Source: Octopus sinensis (Eukaryota). From it: 64,000 nt of DNA. The notes below the pieces were generated by a model that was not told where the DNA came from, did not search any database, and saw only the letters and a list, made by a program, of their open reading frames with translations. The first letter of the stretch is position 1, and each line of letters opens with the position of its first letter. Positions 40,640 through 52,710 of the stretch are shown here, one piece after another. The translations under genes were made by a program, and so were the position numbers. The DNA lies in contig NC_043024.1 in the NCBI RefSeq assembly GCF_006345805.1, positions 13,888,001 to 13,952,000 on the forward strand. The letters are read 5' to 3'.

Positions 40640-40697
40640 ACAAGTAGATTGCTAGGTAGGTAGGTAAGTAGATAAATAGACAGACAGTTATATATAT

Positions 40698-40729
<32 letters not shown>

Positions 40730-40810
40730 AATAGGTAGATACAGAGATAGATAGATAAATAGATAGATAGATAGATCGATAGATGGATAGATAGATAGAT
40801 AGATTGATAA

Positions 40811-40858
<48 letters not shown>

Positions 40859-40899
40859 GTAGAGAGATAGAGAGATAGATAGATCGATAGATAGATAGT

Positions 40900-40982
<83 letters not shown>
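40640..40982. repeat. (GATA)n/(GA)n tract
   Basis: Direct reading. Confidence 0.95.
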
Positions 40983-40983
<1 letters not shown>

Positions 40984-41669
40984 AGGGGAGACAGATTGAT
41001 TTTTATCGAGCTTCTGTTTACAATATGCTCTACTGCGGTTTAGCATATAAAGACACATGAATCAAATTATATGTAGTGTTTCATTAGAGTTAGATAAAAG
41101 AAGCATTCTTCATTGTTTCTAAGATGGCAGATAAACTGCGAAATAAGGAAAGTAAATAAGTAGAAATAAGTAAGAACATGTTTAAAATATTAAAAAACGT
41201 TGAATCAATATTTCTGCCACCACCTTCGACGATAGATTTCTAGAAGTAAAACTAAATATCCGTTTAAAAATTTGTGATAAACTATCGGGGTAGAAATTAA
41301 TAAACCTCGAAATATTAATAATATTGGTATTATTTTTTAAAATGATATTTATAATTAAAAATATTATTAATAACAATTCCATCCGGAAGAATAACAACAA
41401 CGAATATAAGGCTATCGACGTAGAAGGGATATACTTTTTTGCGAATTTTTAAATATGAAGAAAAATGTACAATTTTTATGGAAGCCAACAATAAATACTT
41501 ACATACTTACATAATGGTTGTGGAGTGGGGCTGGGTGTAAATGCAAAGTATATATTTCAAGTTTCCAGGAAATATTGCAATCTCTCGCCTTTGACAGCTG
41601 TGAAATTCCCAATTTTAAAACTGAACAGGCAGCACGAAATTATTTAGAATATTTACCAAAGATATTAAC

Positions 41670-41867
41670 ACCTACAACATTAACAACAATTACAGCACTA
41701 ATAATAATAATAATGATAAGAAAATCAACATCAAAAACAACAACGATAACAATAATAATAATAATGGTGATAATAATAACAATAATAATAATAATAATAA
41801 TATTAATAATAATAATAACACCACCACCACCACCAAAAAAAACAACAACAACACCAACAACAACAAC

Positions 41868-41899
<32 letters not shown>

Positions 41900-41906
41900 C
41901 AACAAC

Positions 41907-41937
<31 letters not shown>

Positions 41938-41981
41938 TTAATAATAATATTAATAATAACACCACCACCACCAACAACAAC

Positions 41982-42051
<70 letters not shown>

Positions 42052-42085
42052 TTAATAATAAAGCAATAATAACAACGACAACATG
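41670..42085. repeat. Compound (TAA/CAA/CCA)n tract
   Basis: Direct reading; explains ORFs 41518-42069, 41640-42137 and 41690-42124. Confidence 0.92.
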
Positions 42086-42559
42086 ATAAAGAGAGAGCGA
42101 GACAATGAAATAAGGAAAACTCATAACCTCGGAACATATTTAAGTCATTTATTTTCGTGCTTGTTTTCCTCCTTATTCTGGTGAGTTTCCTAGGTGTTAT
42201 ATCCTTTTTCTGTCCGTGTTTTCTTTAATATTTTGTAATGTTGCCATTGAGATGTGTTGGCGTTTGTCATTGTCGCTGTTTTGTAATGTATCCCATTCGC
42301 TGTTATTGTTAAGGAACGAACGTAAATTATTGAGAATTACTAAATTAAAGAAAACCTCCTGGCAATATCTTAATTTATCTAATTAATAAAATGTAATTTA
42401 TTTTTATGCGTGGTCTTTTGTTATGGTTTTAATTCACCAACCTTCCTAGCAACGGAATATTTTGCTAACTAAGGACCAAAAACGTAGTCAACAATCGCAG
42501 CTTGAAGAAAGAAGATAGATTAAGGACATTCAAAACTTCAGAAGTCAGTGCTAAATATA

Positions 42560-43300
42560 AGGACTTCGCTAAGGCCTACATGTTAGATAATCGCATGATA
42601 TGTCACAAGATGTGAGACCCTCACATGGCTGGTACAGGGGCAGAATCGCTGCATGACTTCATTAAAGAAAGAAGCTAGGCAGTTGCAGCCGGTGGTACAC
42701 TTTCTAATGGGACTCGATGTGGCACTCCCCAGGTAAGATTTCTGGGCCACTGCTGTTTGTAATAGTCACTTAGAGAGCCATTGTCACTAATTATGCCGAA
42801 GATACAACATTATCACAAGCAAAAATAAAAAAGAAACAGATGACGTAGCAAGATTACAGCGAGAACTCAGTACAATATATAAATGGTTTGAAGTAAATAA
42901 CATGAAGTTTAATACAGGAACATTCCAAGCACTGCACTATCAACCTGCATATACAGGACCCAAAGGCGTTGCAATGCCTGTGTCACAGACAGTGAGACTT
43001 GGAGACCAGTATGTGTAATGATCCATAATTTCAAGATGGCAGCAAAGTGCAGACAGCTGCCAGGGTGGATTTGGTGCCATTGTATTATCGCAAAGATACC
43101 GTCCTCTCCATCGGAGTTTAAGACGAGGTACTCAAATAGCTTAGGGTCCAAAGGCCCAAGGCTTTACAGTGCGATTCCACAACAGTTAAACCTACACAAT
43201 GTGGACATTCTCCTATCCACAATACCGGATTAACCGATGCCTTGGTTCATCTGGTTCACCACAGTGAATGGCATAGGAATTAAACGCAAATTTGTAAACA
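42560..43300 (+). mobile_element. CR1/L2-group LINE, decayed RT with internal deletions
   Basis: DFAKAY, ICHKM, HDFIKER, GTPQ..FLG, NYAEDT (YADD), LQRELSTIYKWFEVNNMKFN, then FKTRYSNSLGSKGPRLYSAIP...IPD. Confidence 0.85.
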
Positions 43301-43469
43301 GTTCGGACAAAAAGGCAAAGGAGTGGCCGAATAAAACGCCACCTCCCAGACGGAATCAACCGAATGAGATTCATAAAATAGCAATGCAAAATCATGGCGG
43401 TGTTCCAGCATGAACGCAGTCGCATGGCTGAAGCGAATAAAAGAAAAACGATAATATAAATATATACAC

Positions 43470-43587
43470 ATACATGTATATATATACATGTATGTGTATA
43501 TATACCCACTCAGTCTCTCACGAATATATGGACATATATATACACACACTCATATATCAATATAACAATAACAATATATATATATAC

Positions 43588-43633
<46 letters not shown>

Positions 43634-43748
43634 GCACACACACACACTCATATATATGTACATATACATGTATATTTATATCTGTATATATATATATGTA
43701 CGTGTATACATATATATATATATATACATATATATGTGTATATATATG

Positions 43749-43779
<31 letters not shown>

Positions 43780-43786
43780 GTATATC

Positions 43787-43820
<34 letters not shown>

Positions 43821-43904
43821 ATAAATGTGTATATCAGATTTCCAACATCAATCAATCCATATCTATCTACCTATTTATATATACATATATACATGCATAC
43901 ATAC

Positions 43905-43982
<78 letters not shown>

Positions 43983-44000
43983 TATATATATGTATATGTA
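43470..44000. repeat. (AT)n/(AC)n compound microsatellite
   Basis: Direct reading. Confidence 0.93.
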
Positions 44001-44722
44001 ATTGAATATATGTCCTTTTATTCTCCCTCGTACGTACATCTGTGCGCGTGTGATCGTACGAATTGATGTCAGTGTTTCTGCGCGTGTATACGGTCATATC
44101 CCTAAATAATTACCATCTGTTTATCTCGCAGCACCACTGTCTGACATGAATTTGGCTCCCACTCATCTTTGATTCGCTTCGTTGGCCCTTGTCTGTTGTT
44201 ATTTCTTATAACAGACTGTCTTAATAAATAGACTGCAGAAGACCTCTATTAACTTCCAATTGACCTCAACCATCGAAGGTCGCACGCGAGGTCACGCTAC
44301 CATGACGTTTTTGAAATATATTTCACCAGTCTCGGCTCTGCCCAAACTTTATTTTCGTTTTAAACCCTATGCCAAGTGGTGTTATGATATAATTATTTTT
44401 ATCCAAATTTTCAATTATTGTTACATTGTTTCAAGAAGTTTGGTTTAACGCAAAACAATTGCACATGTCCATTTACCTTTCTTTGACATATATTCCTGTG
44501 TTCGTGATATGGCGTTGGGGTTTATCGCAAGAAAGATTAATGTGTATAGAAATATGTAAGGAAATGATGGTTTGATGGCATACGAAAGTAATATCGCCCA
44601 CCAGTGCCAATTTTCAGTAGTATTGTGTCCAAAATAATTCGATAATTTATATAGATTTTACTGAAGAAGCACACAGAATTATATTATACGCTATGAATAT
44701 GTTTTACTTTTCGTTTACAGGA

Positions 44723-45312
44723 AAGCGGTGAGCAGGCAGAAAGGTTTGCCCGCCGGGAGAAATTCTTGGTAGTAGTTTGGAGTTCAAATTCCACCAAGGT
44801 CGACTTTGCCTTTCATCCTTTCGGGGTCTATTAAATAAATACCAGTTAGGCACTAGGGTCGATGTAATCTACTTAATCCGTTTGTCTGTCCTTGTTTGTC
44901 CTGTGTGTTTAGCCCCTTGTGGGTAGTAAAGAAATAGATATTTCATCTGCCGTTACGTTCTGAGTTCAAATTACCCAGATGTCGACTTTGCCTTTCATCC
45001 TTTCGGGGTCGATAAATCAAGTACCAGTTACGCACTGGGGTCGATGTAATCGACTTCATCTCTTTGTCTGTCCTTGTTTGTCCCCTCTGTGTTTAGCCCC
45101 TTGTGGGCAAGAAATAAATAAATGATTACACACCGGGCAAAATATTTAGCGGTATTTCTGTCTTTACGTCCTGAGTTCAAATTCCGCCGAGGTCGACTTT
45201 GCCTTTCATCCTTTCGGAGTCGATAAATAAAGTCCCAGTTGCGTACCGGGTTCAATCTACTCGACTGCCCCCCTCTCCTGAAAATTCAGGCCTTGTGCCT
45301 AGAGTAGAACAA
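44723..45312 (+). mobile_element. Tandem array of three SINE family M units (full, head-less, partial head with tail B)
   Basis: The core gtcgactttgcctttcatcctttcgg occurs three times, near 44799, 44981 and 45192. Confidence 0.9.
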
Positions 45313-45579
45313 AAATCTTTTCTCTTCCTGTAAGTTTGGGTGTCTCGCGTACTGACTTCTCGCTCTCCGCTTCGTCTAGAGTGGAATTAACATTTTCCTC
45401 AGCCACTCTGCCCGGAAGAACATGGACAAGGTTACAGCTACAGAGATTGTTCGAAAAGAAGTTCGTGTTCCGTGCTTTTGCTTTCTATATTCTCGTTTCT
45501 CATTTTGTTCACGTTTTTTTTTTTTACGTTTTGTACCCATATATGCATGTATAAACACATATATATGCAGGAAAGTCCA

Positions 45580-45810
45580 TGTCTGCGTGTATATAAATGC
45601 ATATATATATACCTCGTGTGTACCGTTGGCGATTTTCTTCCTCTATCTTCCCTTCTCTGGATCTTTCCTTCTCCTATGTTTCCGACGAAGAGCTCCGCTC
45701 GAAACGTTAAACCCTCCTTCTTTCCATCTTTCCTGAGCGTCCAATAATACTATATTTGTTCCACGTCCTCGCGTTGTTGAGTTTTTTTATGCTTTCTTGT
45801 TTGGATTAAC
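45580..45810 (+). mobile_element. Penelope-like pLTR fragment
   Basis: Homologous to 33175-33350; contains a hammerhead motif; ends at (AT)n. Confidence 0.7.
45678..45712 (+). ncRNA. Minimal type I hammerhead motif (U4 to C variant)
   Basis: GTTT CCGACGA A GAGC tcc GCTC GAA ACGT T AAAC: 4-bp stem I, 4-bp stem II, palindromic stem III. Confidence 0.55.
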
Positions 45811-46249
45811 TATATATATATATATATATACCATATGTAGACACTCTACCTTTTTCTAGCTTTCTATTTAATGATGTATCTATATATTCAGCCACATGTG
45901 CAATGTTCTGATTGAAGGAAAATACAAAATTTCTTCATCTAACTTTTCCTTAACACCGTTCTTACCATAATAGATTAAATTTATTTAAATCTGATCTTAC
46001 TAATACTCAACGTATGCATTATACAGGTTTTTCATACCTGGAATTATCTTCAACGTTTCTACGATTTCCACGAACATCATATCTTAAACCTATATCTCGA
46101 AAATGTTTGATTATAAATGTTCCTTAGATAATCCAGGACGTGCCAGGTTGAATTAATTAAAATGCATGCAACCCGTTCCTGCCTGGTTGATAAAAAAATT
46201 GATTTTATGTAATAACATTTGTATACACTAAACTGAATTTATTCCGAAT

Positions 46250-46850
46250 GCATGGCCGCGTAGTAAGGAACTTGCTTCACATACGCATGGTTCCGGATTC
46301 AATCCAACAACGTGGTAAATGGGCAAGTCCTTTCTACTATAACCTCGGGCCGACCAATGACGTGCGGGTAGATTTGCTAGACAGAATCTTAAAGGCGGTA
46401 AGCTGGCAGAGAAGGCGTTGAGCTGGCAGACACGTTAGCAGGCCGGGCGAAATGCGTAGCTGTATCTCGGTTGCCGCTACGTTCTGAGTTCAATTTCCGC
46501 CGAGGTCGACTTTGCCTCTCATAATTTCAGGGTCGATTACATAAGTACCAGTTACGCACTGGGGTAGACATAATCGACTTAATCTGTTTGTCTGTTCTTG
46601 TTTGTCCTCTCTGTGTTTAGCCCCTCGTGAGTAATAAAGAAATATGTATTTCGTCTGCTGCAACGTTCTGATTTCAAATTCCGCCGAGGTCGACTTTGCT
46701 TTTCATCCTTTCGGGGTCGATAAATTAAGTAACAGTTATGCACTGGTGTCGACATAATTGACTTAATCCGTTTGTCCTTGTTTGGCCTCTCTGTGTTTAG
46801 CCCCTTGTGGCCAATAAAGAAAATCGGAATCTAAAAGACGCCTGTCGCAG
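46250..46850 (+). mobile_element. SINE family C 5' half, interrupted by a family M dimer
   Basis: Family C sequence runs to ...ctagacagaatcttaaag (46394) and resumes at cggaatctaaaagacgcctgtcg (46825). Confidence 0.75.
46395..46824 (+). mobile_element. SINE family M dimer: duplicated 20-nt head, full unit, head-less unit
   Basis: Units 46413-46643 and 46644-46822; flanked by cagaatcttaaag / cggaatctaaaag (11/13 identical). Confidence 0.88.
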
Positions 46851-47117
46851 ATATATATTCACATATACATGTATATGTGTGTGTACGTGTGTTTGTTTAT
46901 ATTCGACGGGCTTCTTTCCACTCACAATCTTTTAGTAATCCCTGGGGTACTGTTGGAGATATTTGCCTGAAATTATCCGCATATGTGTTCTATTTTATAT
47001 CAAAATGAGAAAAGTTAGTTTAATATCTAACTTACTGATGTTTTAACTGCAAAAATGACATGGGATCGTCCAAAACGCATAACAAAACCGAACCCCAAAG
47101 AAGTATATGTGTGTAGG

Positions 47118-47310
47118 GGGTGTCTTTATCTCAGTTTTACCATCACCCACTGTCAAGTATTGGTATGTTTGCCTCCCCGTAAACTATCGGTTCTGCAAGA
47201 GGAATCGATTGCAGAAGTACGGGGATTTAAAAATAAATGATTTGGTATGTATTCATTGGACTAACAATTCGTCCAGGTTGTGCCCCAGTATAGCCGCAGT
47301 CTAATGTCTG
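47118..47310 (+). mobile_element. SINE family C 3' half, diverged
   Basis: ccccgtaaactatcggttc...gaagtac...cgtccaggttgtgccccagtatagccgcagtctaatgtctg. Confidence 0.65.
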
Positions 47311-47789
47311 GAAAATCTAATAATTGAAATGTAAAAGATGCATCACACATTTAGAATAATTTGAATGGTGTGGTATGATGTAAGGATGTTTTGAAACTGT
47401 TTATTTTCAATAGTTTTATCTATGATTATGGCGTTCTAGCCATTATCCCAATTCTTGATCCATATCTAACAACGTAAAAAAATAACCAGAGATAATCATA
47501 TTTTAATCTTACAACACTATACATTGTTTTCTTTATTTTTGTATATTTTCCTATTCTTCTTGGAATTATATTGTCGTACTAGTACGTTGTTTCGGTTTAA
47601 AACATACTTACGCCCACAAAATTATCTGCTGCCTGCTGGTTAATTCGGGAGGGCCATCAAAATGGTACCAATTGCTGCCAGCGGCGTGGACTGGAGAACT
47701 TGGAATTGACTTCTTTTACTAAAAGATACGTGAAATGCACAGCTCAATAGAAAACACAGTTGTACCATCATGAGTGCAACAACTTTAAT

Positions 47790-47880
47790 TAGTAACATTT
47801 GACGGATGTTTGTCCTCATCTTGTCTGTTTCTAACACGACGTTTCGGCTGATATACCCTCCAGCCTTCATCAGGTGTCTT
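47790..47880 (-). mobile_element. Penelope-like pLTR fragment; diverged inverted partner at 48088-48170
   Basis: Reverse complement gatgaaggctggagggtatatcagccgaaacgtcgtgttag...caagatgaggacaaa aligns to 48091-48153 gatgaagtctggcgagtatatcagccggaatgttctgttag...caagatgaggacaaa. Confidence 0.7.
47834..47877 (-). ncRNA. Canonical minimal type I hammerhead ribozyme
   Basis: ACAC CTGATGA A GGCTG gagggtatat CAGCC GAA ACGT C GTGT: complete core, 5-bp stem II, palindromic stem III, GUC triplet, stem I ACAC/GTGT. Predicted cut between 47838 and 47837. Confidence 0.8.
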
Positions 47881-47916
47881 GGAGAAACCTGAGGTTTCAT
47901 TCCTAAGGAATTTTTC

Positions 47917-48075
<159 letters not shown>

Positions 48076-48593
48076 GCGTTTCTATAATATGATGAAGTCT
48101 GGCGAGTATATCAGCCGGAATGTTCTGTTAGCAACAATCAAGATGAGGACAAATAGACGTTAAATGTAAATAATGTACATAATTCTTCATCTCTTAAATA
48201 TAGAACAAAACTTTAATTATTACCTAACACACCTCCAGCATTGCATACACATATGTATGTGTGTGTGCGTGTGTGTGTGGCTCACAACAATTGTCTATCG
48301 ATGCAAGATTGTTACAAGCCTTGAGCAAACCAGAGACAGTGCTGATAGATATTTCAGACATTTGGTACACAATGAAAACTTCTGGAGCTTCATTATTACA
48401 GATCAAATTTCTTAAATGTTCGCTCATATTGCTTCCGTTAGCAGATATTCAATTCAAATTTTGCTTGAAGAAGAATATTCAAGTCAAAACATCAAGATAG
48501 ATCTCCGAAATCAGGTTTAAAATGCATTGAGTAATACTTCTAGGCGAATTGTAATTTCGGTTGTCTACCCCTCTCGTTAACTCTCTCACATCA

Positions 48594-48639
48594 TCTCTGA
48601 TGAAGGGATATCCTTAATATTCCAGAAACAGCTGTAAGG
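48594..48639 (+). ncRNA. Type I hammerhead motif of a second family
   Basis: TCT CTGATGA a GGGATAT cctta ATATTCC a GAA ACAGCTGT A AGG: 8-nt palindromic stem III, GUA site, A-A mismatch at the base of stem II. Confidence 0.6.
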
Positions 48640-48856
48640 CTACCTTACCCTTCATAAACGCCCTATGAATTTCACACATCCTTGGCTTTGTGGTCTTATT
48701 TTATTTAATATATACATGCTCGCGTAAGACCCGCATTAGATGCCTCACTCGTATTACTATCGAAACGAGAGTCTGACTACTGTGCTCCCGTAGCAGTTAC
48801 ATAGCTTTACCTGCCATCTTGGGTCTTCTGGAGAGGAAAATCTCTCATATATTTAT

Positions 48857-49060
48857 ACAGAGAGAGAGAGAGAGAGAGAGTCAGGTAGACAGAGAGAGAG
48901 ACAGACTGACAAATAGATAGACAGACAGACAAATAGATAGATAGATAGACAAATAGACAGATAGATAGATATATACATACATACATACCTACATACATAC
49001 ATACATACATACATACATACATACATACATACATACATACATACATACATACATACATGA
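48857..49060. repeat. Compound (AG)/(GACA)/(GATA)/(ACAT)n tract
   Basis: Direct reading. Confidence 0.93.
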
Positions 49061-49166
49061 ATACATAACTAGAAGTAAACTTCATCCATCCATCAGTTTG
49101 CCGTTTTGCATTTCAACAATAAGACTTATCCTGGGACAAGTCTCGAGGTATTTTTATAGATAATTA

Positions 49167-49326
49167 GCAAGCGTGCCTGTGTGGTAAAAAACCTGTTTCC
49201 TATGCACATGGTTGTGGGTTTAGTTCCACTATGTGGGGCTTTGTGAAAGTGTTTCCTCTTATAGCCTTAAGCCTACCAAATCCTGTGACTATATTTGCTA
49301 GAAGAAAAATAAAAGAAACCCGTCGC

Positions 49327-49403
<77 letters not shown>

Positions 49404-49608
49404 ATGTGTGTATTTTCCTCTTGTTTACAATTAACACGGGAAAATAGATAAACAGTTACCAGGGTAGAAAAAATCACACAAGTTATAGGGACGTAACACC
49501 CTCTTTGTAAACGTAGAATCTCCGGGTTGATGTGAAATGTTTGTATAATATATATAAATAAATAATATCGGAAGTAGAAGAATTTGATTAAAACCTGCGT
49601 TTAACTCC

Positions 49609-49691
<83 letters not shown>

Positions 49692-49896
49692 GTGTGTGTG
49701 GTGTGTGTGTGTGTGTTTGTGTCCATGTTTGTACCCCGCCACCATCGCTTGACGACCGAATGATCGAATGACAGAATAAGTACTAGGCTTACAAATAATA
49801 AGTTCTTAGGTTGATGTCTCCGACTAAAACCCTGAATGAGTGTGCTCCAACATGGCTGCAGTCAAATGACTGAAACCAGTAAAGGAATAAAAGAAT
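49167..49896 (+). mobile_element. SINE family C copy whose internal microsatellite holds a ~210-bp unrelated insertion
   Basis: 5' half 49167-49327, (AT)n, unique 49402-49610, (AT)n(GT)n, 3' half 49721-49896. Confidence 0.8.
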
Positions 49897-50756
49897 ACAC
49901 ACACACACACACACACACACACATACCTTCATATAACGATGCACTATGATAAATAGTTGAAGAACATTGCTACAGATATGTTATATCGTTTCTGTATATA
50001 TTATTTTTCCAGCCTAACATATGCTTTTTCGGTACCTGTATTTACATTGTTCATTTCTTGAAGCTGTACTTACAATATTTGCTGAACAGTTCTAAACATT
50101 TGTTCTCAGAATAACTACAATAAAAATATTTCAAATTTATTATTTATAAGCTCCTGTAATATTTAATTTTGTTGTGCAATTTGATGACTTCTTGTATGCA
50201 TTTTTTTTTGCACTGGTGCATCGCGGTCGTTTGTTTTATATTTTTCATCGAAGGACGCATTACTTGTGTTTAGTTCATATTTTGAAGTGAAAATTACGAT
50301 AAAATTTTAAAAGAAAACAAATTATTCTGCCAGACAAACTTCTATATCTCTTTAACAGAAAGTTAATTGGAGCAGATATCCAAAAGTAACTAATTATCTA
50401 ATTGTTACTGCGAAGTACACCAAAGAAATTTATTTGGATAATGTTTGAAATAAATTCGAGTTCGCAGACAGTAAAATCACTTTTACAAGCTCTTAACATT
50501 AATAAATAAATAAATTCATTATTTGATTAATTAATTAATGGTTTTATTAATTAATGATATTCTTCCAGACGTTGGAATATAGCCTAAACTAAAATTAAAT
50601 AACACAACTCAAGCAGCAAATCCACAAAATGCACTCACATTAAAAGAACCGACGAGAAATATGAAACACGAAGCAAGAACGGAAACTGAAACTGAAACTG
50701 AAAACTGAAAACTGTAAACTGTTACACAAAGAGAACACATCGATATATACCTGACA

Positions 50757-50986
50757 GGCGGCGAGCTGGCAGAATCGTTAGCACGCCGGGCGAAATGCGT
50801 AGCCGTATTTCGTCTGCCGTTACGTTCTGGGTTCAAATTCCGCCGAGGTCGACTTTGCCTTTCATCCTTTCGGGGTCGATAGATTAAGTGTCAGTTACGC
50901 ACTGGGGTCGATATAATCGACTTAATCCGTTCGTCTGTCCTTGTTTGTCCCCTCTGTGTTTAGCCCCTTGTGGGTAGTAAAGAAAT
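50757..50986 (+). mobile_element. Full-length SINE family M (tail A) with a 15-bp target-site duplication
   Basis: atatatacctgacag (50743-50757) vs atatatacctgatag (50987-51001). The central gtcgactttgcctttcatcctttcggggtcga resembles the MetaSINE central domain (from memory, unverified). Confidence 0.93.
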
Positions 50987-51001
50987 ATATATACCTGATA
51001 G

Positions 51002-51410
51002 TGGAGTAGGATTTCCTATGATATTATCCAAAACTACCACAAGTTGTGGCTTCATGATTGCACAGTGAATGTGCTAGACTTGAAACTGCGCGAAACGTGA
51101 GGGCGAAAGAGAGGTAAGAGGTGGTATGAGCACGAACCGCAGTGCGGCGCAGACGGGAGCTGGCAAAAACCTCTGGGATTTCCTAATCCAAAGAGGTGCT
51201 AGAACATAAGAGACCGGACGTAATGGTGGTGGACACAGTACATCACATTAAACTCTATAGTTGATACTGCATACCCCTTTGAGATACGAATAGTCAAGAA
51301 TGAAGGACAAAGGATAGATAAGTACAATCCTCTTAAGTACGAAATAGCCCAGCAATGGAAAAAGAAGAAGGTGAAAATACTGCCAAACATTTTTGTGTTC
51401 TTGGGAAAAA
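51002..51410 (+). mobile_element. Decayed R4/Dong-clade endonuclease-region fragment
   Basis: Broken frames give RWYEHEP, NLWDFLIQ, HKRPDVMVVD and IVDTAYPFEIRI...IDKYNPLKYEIAQQWKKKKVKILP; followed by (CAT)n. Confidence 0.75.
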
Positions 51411-51411
51411 G

Positions 51412-51473
51412 TCATCATCATCATCATCATCACCAACACCACCTTCACCACCACAAATACCACCACAAATACC

Positions 51474-51507
<34 letters not shown>

Positions 51508-52430
51508 CCATCATCATCATCATCGTCATCATCATCATCATCATCATCATCGTCATCATCATCACCATCAGCATCATCATCATCATCATCATAATTATCA
51601 TTATAATTACCATAATCATTATCCCCATTATGATCATCATCGTCATCATTGTCATCGTGGTTCGTGAATCGTCATCGTCATCAAATGAAGATGGTTAAAG
51701 ACGATTGGCCAACCAGCCTCAAACAGATCCAATTCTTCCGCCAGAACTTCACAATCTATAAAACGTCATATGCGTCTCGTACAATACATTCGCTGATATC
51801 TTTAGAATTAATGGGATTAAGAGAAAATACTATTTAGATTATTGTCTTAATAATAATCCCAACCGCCGTCGTTTCAATATCATTACCATATCTTCATCAT
51901 CAACGCCACCACCAGTGCCATCGACAACGCCATCACCATCACTGTCATCAACGCCATCATTGTAGCTTATTATTATGTCCTTGGTTGGTCGTGCTGTCGC
52001 TGATGATGAGGATGATGTTAGCGATGTTAATGATCATGATGATGATCATGATGATGTCGGTGGTTTGGGGGATGATGATGATGATGATAATGAAGATACT
52101 AATTATCCTCATCACCGTCGTTTTTCACTATCTTCATCATCAGCATCAGCATCATCAAAAACATCATCATCATCATCAACATCCTCATCAACATAATTGT
52201 CATCAACATCACTGTCATCATCATCATCATTATCATCATCATCGCCGCAGTCAGCGTCGTGATCGTTAACACAATTTTTAGCGTCATCGAAAGCTAGCAA
52301 ATCATCAAAAGCATCATCATCATCAAAAGCATCATCATCATCAAAAGCATCATCATCATCATCATCATCACCACGAACATCATCATCGTCATCATCATTG
52401 TCATCGTCATCATCACCATCACCATCATGC
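51412..52430. repeat. Compound (CAT/CAC/GAT)n tracts, including an 18-bp unit aaaagcatcatcatcatc x3 near 52307-52360
   Basis: Direct reading. Confidence 0.88.
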
Positions 52431-52539
52431 TCCGAACCACCCTTGCTATTATCAGTATAATCTGTATATTAGTCATCAGCTACATCGTTAATTATCATAC
52501 TTCACTCTTTCATAATCAGCCTCTTCATCATATTACAAT

Positions 52540-52550
52540 TATTATTGTTA

Positions 52551-52617
<67 letters not shown>

Positions 52618-52710
52618 CATTATTATTATTATCTTATACCACATTATCTTTGAGAAAGAACAACTGATGGTAGTAGTAGTAGTATTAGTAGTAGTAGTAG
52701 TAGTAGTAGA
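52540..52710. repeat. (TTA)n and (GTA)n tracts
   Basis: Direct reading. Confidence 0.93.

Noticed and set aside
44723-46824. CRISPR-like repeated units
   Set aside because: The repeats are ~180-bp SINE bodies without unique spacers, in a eukaryotic context with no cas genes.
48740-48780. GAAAC-GAGA-GTC resembling hammerhead stem III
   Set aside because: No CUGANGA core or stem II upstream.
50359-50391. Possible 27-nt exon (KVNWSRYPK or KLIGADIQ, faintly myosin-like)
   Set aside because: Too short to support homology, and no other myosin exons are present.
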